Shown here: one piece after another, positions 1-9,400 of the stretch
Layout: each line of letters opens with the position of its first letter
Position numbering within the stretch: position 1 is the stretch's first letter
Made by a program: the position numbers and the translations under genes
The notes under the pieces: generated by a model
Databases searched by the model: none
What the model saw: only the letters and a program-made list of their open reading frames with translations
Told to the model about the DNA's origin: nothing
Origin: a virus
Taxonomy: Duplodnaviria > Caudoviricetes
Virus record (IMG/VR): IMGVR_UViG_3300044516_000384
Coordinates: 1 to 63,896 of that record
Strand: one strand, 5' to 3'
Length of the DNA stretch: 63,896 bases

Positions 1-10
1 AAATATATAT

Positions 11-136
11 TAAACGACTCAATAAGAAAGGAAATAATGTTCAACGCGAACGTAAGTGTTACGACAGATGAGTATGAATGGTTTGCGTCTCATAAATGGA
101 ATGACATGCAACCTAATGTATGTCACAGTCTTACAC
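11..136. repeat. Terminal overlap from circular assembly, identical to 63771-63896
   Basis: 126-bp exact match at offset 63760, starting taaacgactcaataagaaag and ending tgtcacagtcttacac. Confidence 0.97.
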
Positions 137-312
137 AATCATTACTCTATCCTCAAGTACTACAACACGTACTACGTGCGCCGACGCCATTGGCTGCACG
201 TATAGCATTAGAACTAGATAAGCTCTCCGTATTCCCTGATGGAACATCATCTACTAAATATGTAAAACAAGTTTGGGAATATATACATGGAAGAAGATCC
301 AGATCTAAATGA
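37..312 (+). CDS. Hypothetical protein; 3' part of the ORF starting at 63509 that crosses the junction
   Basis: In frame with the open frame from 63509 (ATG 63797 equals ATG 37). Confidence 0.7.
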   Translation: MFNANVSVTTDEYEWFASHKWNDMQPNVCHSLTQSLLYPQVLQHVLRAPTPLAARIALELDKLSVFPDGTSSTKYVKQVWEYIHGRRSRSK

Positions 313-393
313 AGCAATCAAAGGCGGTATGGGCTGCGTTCTAATCTTAATCATCATCGGGATATATGTGTACCACGCATATATCATTAGGAT

Positions 394-762
394 ATGAGAA
401 GACGAAATGATGAAGCAGTATTTCAAAGCCAAGTTTGCATGATGTTGAGAGCATGTGGATACACAGTCATTGAGATTGGTAAGTCAAGAGGCAAGACGCG
501 ATGTCGTTCATGTGGCACGTTTCAATATGCTACTGGATGGCAAGGTAATACAGTAGGTGCACCTGACTTATATATCCACTGCAAGGACTGGCCCATACCA
601 ATTGGTGTGGGCCTTGAATTAAAAACGGAGAAAGGATCAGTAAGAGAAGCACAACAATTAATAGCTAATGAAAACATGACAGTCATATGCAGAAATGTAG
701 ATGACGTAATTAACGCAATGCGAAAAGTAGAATCAAAGTTTGAAAGAGAATGTAAATTATGA
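394..762 (+). CDS. VRR-NUC / PD-(D/E)xK nuclease, resolvase-like
   Basis: E..FQ start, G.PDL and LELKTEKG...REAQ motifs, CxxC insert. Confidence 0.8.
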   Translation: MRRRNDEAVFQSQVCMMLRACGYTVIEIGKSRGKTRCRSCGTFQYATGWQGNTVGAPDLYIHCKDWPIPIGVGLELKTEKGSVREAQQLIANENMTVICRNVDDVINAMRKVESKFERECKL

Positions 763-1409
763 ATTATGATGTGTTCCCATTTAGTGAGAGCAATCATGGA
801 TGCGACCTAACATATGATCCATTTCATTATGTTTATGTAGCAGAAAAAGATGGCGCGATAGCACACGTTTCTAAAAATGGCTGGTCTTTAGTCTGCTGTT
901 GGAGTTCCGCATGGGACGCACAGAGTAATGTTGAAAAAGATTTTAGTAATCCTAAAGACTATGACATTAAACCAATATCAATTCACATATTAGCCCATGT
1001 ATCTCCAGCAATAGTTCTTGATGGAGAACCAATGTTGATCAAGTCAACTAACATAGTAAATACAAAAGCATCAACACTTACATGCCCTGATGTCATGTAT
1101 CCAGATGCCGCAATGCTATGGCATATTGCTGTAGACAAAGAAGCTAAGTCTCCAATAACTGATAATAATGGTAATCCATTTGCAGATTTAGACCCATTTG
1201 AATTGATGACTTCAATTTATAAACACGTTGGTGAGGAATGTATTGATAAATTAGCTGTTGGTGATTACGTTATTGTTGCATATACATTGTTAGTTCTATC
1301 TAAAATGGCAACAAGCTACAACGTAAATGGAAAAGTATATAGTCCAAGCGTTTCATTACTACTAAGTAAGCATGGACGGAAAGCAAACAAAGAACACGAT
1401 AATGTTTAA
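759..1409 (+). CDS. Hypothetical protein
   Basis: 216-aa ORF with ATGA overlap with the upstream gene. Confidence 0.7.
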   Translation: MNYDVFPFSESNHGCDLTYDPFHYVYVAEKDGAIAHVSKNGWSLVCCWSSAWDAQSNVEKDFSNPKDYDIKPISIHILAHVSPAIVLDGEPMLIKSTNIVNTKASTLTCPDVMYPDAAMLWHIAVDKEAKSPITDNNGNPFADLDPFELMTSIYKHVGEECIDKLAVGDYVIVAYTLLVLSKMATSYNVNGKVYSPSVSLLLSKHGRKANKEHDNV

Positions 1410-1986
1410 TCCTAGAGATCATTTCATCAACTTAAAGGGCAAGCAGTACTTGCCAGTCGCAGCTCGCATTGCTTGGTTTAGAGAAGACCACCCAGAATGG
1501 AGCATAATAACAAAAGCAGTACCGGATTTATCCGGTGCTGACTATTGTACATTTCATGCTCAGATATGTCATCCGCAGCACATATGTATTGCAACTGCTC
1601 ATAAGACAGAGCATGAGAAGCACTTTGCTGATTACCGCGAGAAGGCAGAAACGGGCGCCATTGGGCGAGCATTGGCCTTGTGTGGATACGGCACATTGTT
1701 TGCTCAAGAGTTAGAGGAGCCAGTTACACCAGCGGGTGATATGCGTATTGTTGATGCACCACAACCAAGTAAGACTTCCACACTTACACCGGGTAAGCAG
1801 TTTGGTTTAGAGTGCAAGCGAATCTGGGGTTCTGGTATTACGCCATCAGACATGAAGCGTGTATTTACTAAATTGGCTGGCAACATTGATACAACAGAAG
1901 AAAATTTACGCCTTGTCGTAGAAGTACTGCAAGGTTTCAATACACCGGAAGAAGCAGAGTCGGTGTTCTTGGCAGAGGAGGATTAA
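1402..1986 (+). CDS. Rad52/Sak-like single-strand annealing protein
   Basis: GKQYLPVAARIAWFR and EKAETGAIGRALALCGYG motifs; next to Gam-like gene; start taken at MFNPRD. Confidence 0.65.
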   Translation: MFNPRDHFINLKGKQYLPVAARIAWFREDHPEWSIITKAVPDLSGADYCTFHAQICHPQHICIATAHKTEHEKHFADYREKAETGAIGRALALCGYGTLFAQELEEPVTPAGDMRIVDAPQPSKTSTLTPGKQFGLECKRIWGSGITPSDMKRVFTKLAGNIDTTEENLRLVVEVLQGFNTPEEAESVFLAEED

Positions 1987-1987
1987 A

Positions 1988-2551
1988 TTGGACCCAAATA
2001 AGTTTGACATCATTGGCGATAGTTACTACGAGATTGAGACCGGCGAATATGCCGGTCCAGTTGACGGCTGGTTAGGTGAGGAACTTAAAACAGAAGATGA
2101 CGTTCTTTTAGCTTTACAGCGTTTACTAAAATACGAGACTGAATTAAAGGCAGAGCAACTGGCTATGCAATCAGTAGTAGAGCGTTATAAGTCCATGGTC
2201 AAGGACAAGGAACGCAAGGTGCTATGGTTACAAGCACGTTATGGCCTACAGATTGCAGACTTTGCTAAACAGCAACTAACTGGCAAGTCTAAGACATGGA
2301 AGTGCCCATGGGGTCAAGTAGCATTTCGCACATCAGCTCCTACGTTTTCTATACTTAATGAAGAGAAGGCAGCATATGTTATTCCCTTATCGCTTGACGC
2401 CATAAAGGTTGAGCATAAAGTATACAAAAGCAAGATACCAAAAGAAGTACAACTCACACTGGTTGAAGAGTATCCAGAGTTGTTTAGTATGACAGAGGCA
2501 TCTGAAAACTTCAGCATTAAAACGTTGACAGCAACTGAGGTAGAAGAGTAA
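1988..2551 (+). CDS. Host-nuclease inhibitor Gam-like protein (Mu Gam / Gp157 type)
   Basis: Coiled coil followed by KSKTWKCPWGQVAFR; TTG start with AGGAGG RBS. Confidence 0.7.
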   Translation: MDPNKFDIIGDSYYEIETGEYAGPVDGWLGEELKTEDDVLLALQRLLKYETELKAEQLAMQSVVERYKSMVKDKERKVLWLQARYGLQIADFAKQQLTGKSKTWKCPWGQVAFRTSAPTFSILNEEKAAYVIPLSLDAIKVEHKVYKSKIPKEVQLTLVEEYPELFSMTEASENFSIKTLTATEVEE

Positions 2552-2605
2552 GATTGATTGCTCTGTAACTATATTCAAACGGAGTCAACAACAACCAAAC
2601 ATAGA

Positions 2606-2635
2606 AGGCCGCGAGTTAATACCTCGTGGCCTTTT
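2606..2635 (+). terminator. Intrinsic terminator
   Basis: AAGGCCGCGAG-TTAATAC-CTCGTGGCCTTTT hairpin with U-tract. Confidence 0.65.
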
Positions 2636-2654
2636 GTGGCATAGAAAGAATTAT

Positions 2655-3203
2655 ATGAACGAAGAGATTGTACGTATTGGAAACTTACCTAGTTCGATTT
2701 TAGTTTCAGATGTAGGTATTACATTCCTTAAAGATTTAGAATTTGATGATTGGTACAAGTTAATGCAAACACTGCAAAGACTTGAGACTGCATTTCAATT
2801 TGGCATTGGTGACGCATTAAATTATGGACAAACACAATATGGTGAGAAGTATTCTCAAGCAATGGATGCCACGGGATATGCATACCAGTCATTAGCCAAC
2901 TGGGCATGGGTAAGTGGATCAATACCTCATCACAACCGTGTATCAGGACTTAGCTGGTCACATCACCGTGTAGTTGCTAAGCTTCCAGTTGATCAACAAA
3001 AAGAAATATTACTATCTGCTTACTCACAACAAATGTCTGCCAGTGATATAGTTGCAGTCCTGACTGGTGATGTAGAACCACAGAAAAGAGTTACTGTTAA
3101 AGTCCCCGACGGCATGACAGCCGATGAGGCAAGTGAGATATTAACTAAGTCAGCATCAAACAAAAAAGAAGACGTATGTGCGTCATGCCCATATAGGAAA
3201 TAA
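2655..3203 (+). CDS. LmbU-family-like DNA-binding protein
   Basis: F.IGD.LNYG...YGEKYSQA...GYAYQSLANWAWV...R...LSWSHHRVVA.LP pattern resembles LmbU; C-terminal CxxC. Confidence 0.65.
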   Translation: MNEEIVRIGNLPSSILVSDVGITFLKDLEFDDWYKLMQTLQRLETAFQFGIGDALNYGQTQYGEKYSQAMDATGYAYQSLANWAWVSGSIPHHNRVSGLSWSHHRVVAKLPVDQQKEILLSAYSQQMSASDIVAVLTGDVEPQKRVTVKVPDGMTADEASEILTKSASNKKEDVCASCPYRK

Positions 3204-3205
3204 CA

Positions 3206-3919
3206 ATGATAACAGTGTTCAACGGAAAGTCATTTGGCTTATCCGGTGAAAAAGCATCTGGATTTGTACAGATAGATAGATTACTTGTAGACCATATAAC
3301 TAACTTTACTCCATCAGGGTTTGTCGTTTTCATGGTTATCGTAATGCATGTAGACAATGAGGGTTATTGTTGGCCTAGTATCAAAAGACTTACTGAATGC
3401 ACTGGGCTTTCAGAAGCAACTGTTAGAAATGCATTGCATTATCTGACTGGGATGAAGATTAACGATAAACGATTATTGGAAATCAATTCTAGAACTTCTT
3501 CCAACGGGAGAACAACAAGTAATGGATACAAGTTATTTCCAGATTCAATTGATCATGACCCTGAAACAAAGGTCAGTTCAGTCAAGCAAGAGAAGAAGGA
3601 ACTCGTAAAGGAAGATGATCCAGCGTTCTTGTTATACAAAGCATTTAAAGTTGCGCGGTGGGGGATAGTGTCTGAGTCAGCAATTACCGACAAGGAATGG
3701 AAAGATGTTCGGTTAACAATCTGGCAGATGCACAAGGCTGGTGTAACAGAAGACAGCGTCATTGAGCGCGTGAACACACTCAAAGGTAAGTGGACAAACC
3801 AAGAGATGATCACGGTTCGCTCTTTGTGGAAGCATTGGGAAACACACGCGGCATCAACGTACGGTAAGCCTAAGATAGGCGTAAAGATAGAGGACTGGTT
3901 CAATGACAGCAACGGATAA
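3206..3919 (+). CDS. Phage replication initiator, N-terminal winged HTH
   Basis: GYCWPSIKRLTECTGLSEATVRNALHYL...GRTTSNGYKL; upstream of loader and DnaB. Confidence 0.8.
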   Translation: MITVFNGKSFGLSGEKASGFVQIDRLLVDHITNFTPSGFVVFMVIVMHVDNEGYCWPSIKRLTECTGLSEATVRNALHYLTGMKINDKRLLEINSRTSSNGRTTSNGYKLFPDSIDHDPETKVSSVKQEKKELVKEDDPAFLLYKAFKVARWGIVSESAITDKEWKDVRLTIWQMHKAGVTEDSVIERVNTLKGKWTNQEMITVRSLWKHWETHAASTYGKPKIGVKIEDWFNDSNG

Positions 3920-4340
3920 ATTACTAGCGATTCTTTCGCAACTACCTAGTTCGATCACATGGAACGATACAAGTGAGACGGTATACAGGGTAGCAATCAA
4001 TGGTCTCAACGATGAAGACATTAAAGGTGGAGCATTACGGCTTCTTACACGTAGTAAGTTTCGTCCTACTCCATCAGAAGTGTTGCTCAGCGTGGCCATT
4101 GAGAAGTTTGGTGATGCTCAACCACATATTGTTACGTATGACATCGGTGAGGGATTGAGGTTAGGGGTACCTGCTGACAAGCTGCATCCTACAGTTAGAC
4201 TCGTTCTAAGAAAGACTGGAGGCTATCAAGCATGGAGAGTAGAACCACCTATCAAAGGGCAATCGCTACAAGAAGTAATTAATGAAGTACACATCGTTAG
4301 GCTAACGGAATACATGAATGAGCAAAGAACAAAATCTTAG
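3903..4340 (+). CDS. Putative helicase loader/inhibitor (G39P-like)
   Basis: Lies between initiator and DnaB; SKFRPTPSEV motif. Confidence 0.55.
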   Translation: MTATDKLLAILSQLPSSITWNDTSETVYRVAINGLNDEDIKGGALRLLTRSKFRPTPSEVLLSVAIEKFGDAQPHIVTYDIGEGLRLGVPADKLHPTVRLVLRKTGGYQAWRVEPPIKGQSLQEVINEVHIVRLTEYMNEQRTKS

Positions 4341-5703
4341 AAGCATTGGCTTCAACATTGAAATACCTTCAGATGTTATGAGTGAGCAATCACTTATAGC
4401 ATCTGTTCTTCTTGGTGGAAAGAAGTTATTCAAGAGTCTCTCGCACATCAACAAAGGTATGTTCTACAGGGTCTCACACAGCCTCATATGGGATGCATAT
4501 GTTGCAATCGATGCAGCTGGTCAAGACATTGATATCGTTACTGTAAATGAAGAACTAACAAAGCATAATGCGCTAGAGGCTTGTGGTGGACTTGGCTACA
4601 TCATGCAGTGTGCGGAGTTGCTACCAAGTACATCTAACTACGAGAGTTATGTCAAGTTAGTAGTCGAGTATCATCGACGGAGAGAAATAATATTCTCATC
4701 AGAGTTAGCAAGCAAGAAGGCCTCGCTTGGAGATGATGATGTTGATTCGATCATCGCTGATTTAAATAAATCTGTTTCGTATACCAATTCCGGAAACGCA
4801 TCTGAAGATTTATCTAAATTAATATGGGACACAACAACCGACGCTGTGTCTAGAGATGCTGATAAAGAAGACTTCTCCATTGGGTCTGGTTACAGTGAGG
4901 TCGATTTAATTACTGGGGGCTGGCGCGATGGTGAGTTGATCATCTTAGGTGGTCGTCCGTCTATGGGAAAGTCAAGCCTTGGGTTACAATATGCATGGAA
5001 TGCAGCTAGGTTCATGCGGACACTAGAAAAGAAGACAGGAGTATTGATTATCAGCGCAGAGATGTCGAAAGACATGGTAACTGCACGTATGCTTTCAATC
5101 TACAGTGAAGTGGATAGCCAAGTTATACAGACAAAGAAACTGAATAACTATCAGAAGGATAAGCTACAAGCCGTAGCACAGGAGGCTAGGACACTTCATG
5201 TTAGGATTATCGCAGATAAGACTGTCACCCTTGGAGGAATCAGAGATGCCATCAGGGACGCACAAAAATCTTTTCATGTTGGCTTGGTGGTTGTTGATTA
5301 CTTACAGATGATTGCCATGCCAGCGTCATATAAGTCAGAGAATCGCACACGTGATATTGGCGTGATCAGTCGAGGGCTAAAAGATATTGCCCGTGAATAC
5401 AAGTGTCCCGTCATTGCACTATCGAGCCTGTCTAGAGCAGTAGAGCAACGACAAGATAAGAGGCCGATGATGTCAGATCTAAGAGAATCTGGAGACATTG
5501 AATCAGATGCTGATGTCATCCAGTTTATATATAGAGCTGGCTACTACGAGCAGAAGCAATCTGGTGATGAGGAACAAGAAGCCGATAAGGCTGAAGTCAT
5601 TACTGCTAAAAACAGAAATGGAAAGACCGGGGTCTCACTACTACAGTTTGAACCCCGGTTCGCAAAGTTTACAGAGTTTTCATCAGGAGGATTTTTTCTT
5701 TAG
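4318..5703 (+). CDS. dnaB: Replicative DNA helicase DnaB
   Basis: GRPSMGKS Walker A, VVVDYLQ, LSR.VEQRQDKRPMMSDLRESGDIE.DAD, KNRNG. Confidence 0.97.
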   Translation: MSKEQNLRSIGFNIEIPSDVMSEQSLIASVLLGGKKLFKSLSHINKGMFYRVSHSLIWDAYVAIDAAGQDIDIVTVNEELTKHNALEACGGLGYIMQCAELLPSTSNYESYVKLVVEYHRRREIIFSSELASKKASLGDDDVDSIIADLNKSVSYTNSGNASEDLSKLIWDTTTDAVSRDADKEDFSIGSGYSEVDLITGGWRDGELIILGGRPSMGKSSLGLQYAWNAARFMRTLEKKTGVLIISAEMSKDMVTARMLSIYSEVDSQVIQTKKLNNYQKDKLQAVAQEARTLHVRIIADKTVTLGGIRDAIRDAQKSFHVGLVVVDYLQMIAMPASYKSENRTRDIGVISRGLKDIAREYKCPVIALSSLSRAVEQRQDKRPMMSDLRESGDIESDADVIQFIYRAGYYEQKQSGDEEQEADKAEVITAKNRNGKTGVSLLQFEPRFAKFTEFSSGGFFL

Positions 5704-6474
5704 ATAGACTTTCTTTTGGTCACTATTGGCGATGCAATCAAGATCAAAACTACGAGCAAGATCTCTGATTGCTGCATATGATTTACCATCTCGTAGAATA
5801 CACTGAACGGCCAGTGGTTCACCATTGATCACTGGCCCATCTTCCCAAGCAAGTACGACATTGTCCCCAGCGACAAGCCGAACAAAGTCACGCACAGGCG
5901 CGTATGTCTTTCCATTCTGCAATAAGGCAACAATGTGGTTGTCTCCGTACACAATCTTCCAATCCTGCCCAGCTTGAATCAATGACCATGGACGTATAAA
6001 ACGGACCGCGTTTTTATTACGATTTCCATATAGTGGTCGGTGGGCTACTTCATATCCATTGCGACTTCCATCGTTATTACTATTCCCCTCAATGGATTTC
6101 CAAATACCATTCTCATCTTTTCCTTCAACAATCCCAATGTGAAATGCATCTTGATGTCCATTGTTTAAAGTCTTTACCAAGATGACTAAATCACCAGCCA
6201 TAGGTGTTGTATGCAATACACCATATTTCTTAGCAACAGCTAACCAGACATCGCAGTCTGCACTGAAACATAATGGCCAATCCAAACCACTCTTATCTTC
6301 CCACTCCATTGCAATCCCACTTACAAATGACGCGCACCAAAAGCTACCTAATGGTGCATGCACATTTGTGTTCCACCTATCAATCAGTGGGCCACGATTG
6401 CTACCAACTGGTTGCTCAGATACATCAATGTATTTTTCTGCAATAGAAATAAACAAATCAGCATTAGTAGTCAT
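5683..6474 (-). CDS. Endolysin: CHAP peptidase plus C-terminal copper-amine-oxidase-N/stalk-like repeats
   Basis: WCASFV catalytic Cys, HIGIV, SIEGN; duplicated GK(T/S)YA..RD..R motif. Confidence 0.85.
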   Translation of the reverse strand: MTTNADLFISIAEKYIDVSEQPVGSNRGPLIDRWNTNVHAPLGSFWCASFVSGIAMEWEDKSGLDWPLCFSADCDVWLAVAKKYGVLHTTPMAGDLVILVKTLNNGHQDAFHIGIVEGKDENGIWKSIEGNSNNDGSRNGYEVAHRPLYGNRNKNAVRFIRPWSLIQAGQDWKIVYGDNHIVALLQNGKTYAPVRDFVRLVAGDNVVLAWEDGPVINGEPLAVQCILRDGKSYAAIRDLARSFDLDCIANSDQKKVYLKKKSS

Positions 6475-9400
6475 ATCGGTTTCGTCCTCGCTCTAAATTT
6501 TTTCTCTGCATGCGTTCTTCTTCTTCTTGTAATGCTTGTTCCATTATTGATGGGCCTTGTTTTTCATCACTTGGAAGAATAGGTTTTAATGGGATTTTAA
6601 GATCTGGTGATTTAGTTACAGCTTCAGCAAACTTCTTCTTATCCAACTTAGATAACGATTTAGTTTTCTCTGATGGCAGCTGATACATCATACGAGCTTG
6701 ATCTTGAGGCGCACTGTCAGGAATACCAGAAACTACTCCACGCATGCCATATTTTGATGCAATCTCAGGAGCATTTGGATATTGACTTGCTTCCTTAAGA
6801 TCGTAGAATAATCCATTTAAACGTAACTCATCAATCTGATCTTTCAAAGCGTAGTTATTGAATCGAGAGTTGACACCAAATAGTCTTAAATACATTGACC
6901 ACTTTAATGTATCTGATAATTCGTTATCACCTGTGCCCTTAGTAATAGCATCATATATTGCAATGTCATTCATAAACGATTGATACTGTACGTTTGTAAG
7001 AGATAACGATAACTCTGATGCATTCTCACCCAATGCAGCTCTGTACACTGGATCCATAATCGTCATTGGGCTGAAAGGTATTTTTATACGTCCTTCACGC
7101 ATAACATCGTAACCCTTACTTTGCTGTAATGCAGGTGCGCCAGTAAATGTCTTTCCAGTAGCTGCAGTCTTTGCATATCCAGCAAGGGATGTTAACTTAG
7201 AAAAGAAAGTTGTTTGTGCAACTGATTCAAAATAAGTGCGTAATGCCTCGTCTGTACTTGTTGCTTTACTAGCACGTTGGAATGGCTCTACTAATGTGCG
7301 GTTAAAGAATGTTGCTGATTGTGGTAAATCATATAGAACACTATTGAATAATCGTAACTTACCAAAACCTTCCTTCATAGGATTCAAATTATCAAAAAGC
7401 TTAGGCCCTACAGCAACGCCTTGGAATTTCTTGTGGTTATAACCAAAGATTGTAGCAAAGTCATTCCAATCAGTTGGTGTTTTATTTTGCGCCAAGAATC
7501 TTTTGTTGTCTATATATTGACTTAAGATATTAGACACCATGCCAAGTATTGCTGTTTGCATTACCATGTTTGCAAACACACGAGCAGTCTGTATCCAAGA
7601 TTCTTTTCCGCGAGAGAAAAATCTACGTTCTGCGTAGTTGTCAACCCATCCATCTCCTATACCAAGTGGGTCAGCATGCTTGTTAAATCCCATAATCACA
7701 TTGTTTGCTGTTGCTTTTAATCCCATGCTAATGAATGCTGGTAGTAATGTTTGCATAGCCTGTGACTTGTGCCATTGCGGAGCACTCATAACTGTTCTTC
7801 CAAAGTCAAGTATATTCTTAACTACAGGCTTAAGTGCTGGATCAGATCCTGCTGGAGCACCACTAATAGCATTGATGTGTGTAGCATGATCTTGTTTCAT
7901 CTTCATCTTCTGATATTGCGATAGCAAAATATTACTGTCTACTTGTGCTGCATATTCAAGCCAAGACTTGATACGCAAGATGTCTGTAGATAAAGAGTTT
8001 CCGCGTTCAATTGCGTTTGCTGCAGGTAGTAACTTAGCTAATACTCCACTTCCAAGTGATTCAGATGTTGTATTTTGAATTGCATAATCATATACATCTG
8101 TACCATTCATCAGTGCTAACTTAGTAGCCTCTGCAAACCATTGTCCATAGTCGGTAACTAAACCAGCTTTTGTAAGGTCATCAATGGTGTAAGCTCTACC
8201 ACTACCGGGATTTCCTAATCCAAAAACTTCAGTCTTTGGTCCAAATGGCAATATGCCAAGTCGTATTTCATTACCCGGTGTTCCATACTTAGAAAATAAA
8301 CCTTGAACAATTCTGTGATACATCTTGTCACCGTATGCACCCAGCTTTCTATGTCCAGAAATTGCACCAACTAATTTTCCAAACCCACCCTTACCTGTTG
8401 TTGGTGAACTACCAAATGGCAAGTTTGGAAGTATCGCTGTTAGTCCATAAAACTGCATCATTGCATTCTTAGGGTTCATTGATGTTAATGCATAGTTCTG
8501 AATGAATGTACGACCAAAGTCATAGTTCAATACAGCAGCTTTTGCAATGCTGGTTAACTCCACCCATATACCAGATAGAACACTACTAACAGCGCGTCCC
8601 TTTTTTGTTTTGTACCAAGGCATCTTAGACATCTGTCCGGGTGCTAACTTTACAACACTAGGAGTTGTTGTTGGTCCGCCCGGAGTTGGACTAGATGAAG
8701 TACTAAACAACGCGGATGCAGTCTCTTCAAATACACGTGTTGGAATAGAGATGTATAAAGTATCTCCCTTTACCTGTGATGAAGAGTGCACTCCATTAAT
8801 TGTGTCATCATTGTGGATCACAAGATTCTTAGGTTCTGCTGGTACAGTCGTAGCTTCTTTAATAAACCTAGTTGCCTGTAATTCTCTATACGCTTGTACA
8901 ACACCGGGGTCATCTGCAAACTTTTCAGGTATCTCAAAGCCGGGATCCATAGCATGCTTGTACTGGTCAGGCATGATATCTTCAACATCTGCCATGTCGT
9001 AACCAGATGACATCCAAGTACTTCCCTCGTCAGACTTGACAACAGCTGAGCTAACCTCTTTGTACACACTTCCGTTTTCTGCTTCAAAGAATGCTTCTCG
9101 CACTGTTGTTAACTTCTTTGAGTTCTCCATCCATGATTCTAATGACGTGCCTTCTTTTAACCCCCTAAGTAATTCCTGAGATGTCAATAGCTTTGCAACA
9201 TGAACTTGCATCGGCACAATTTTCTTATTGCCTACAGCCTCGCGTTGTTTATCATTAAGAATATTGTTTTTGAAGACAGTGTCTATAAGAAGTCGTGGGT
9301 TTTGACTAGCAATATCTTGATTATTGCTTCCGTCTTCATATACAGACTTATATGGGTTAGCCAGTTCGGTAGCCGTAAATGACATCCCAGTTTCAGAAGA

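Noticed and set aside
11-136. Biological direct terminal repeat
   Set aside because: It falls inside a coding sequence and its length is typical of an assembler overlap.
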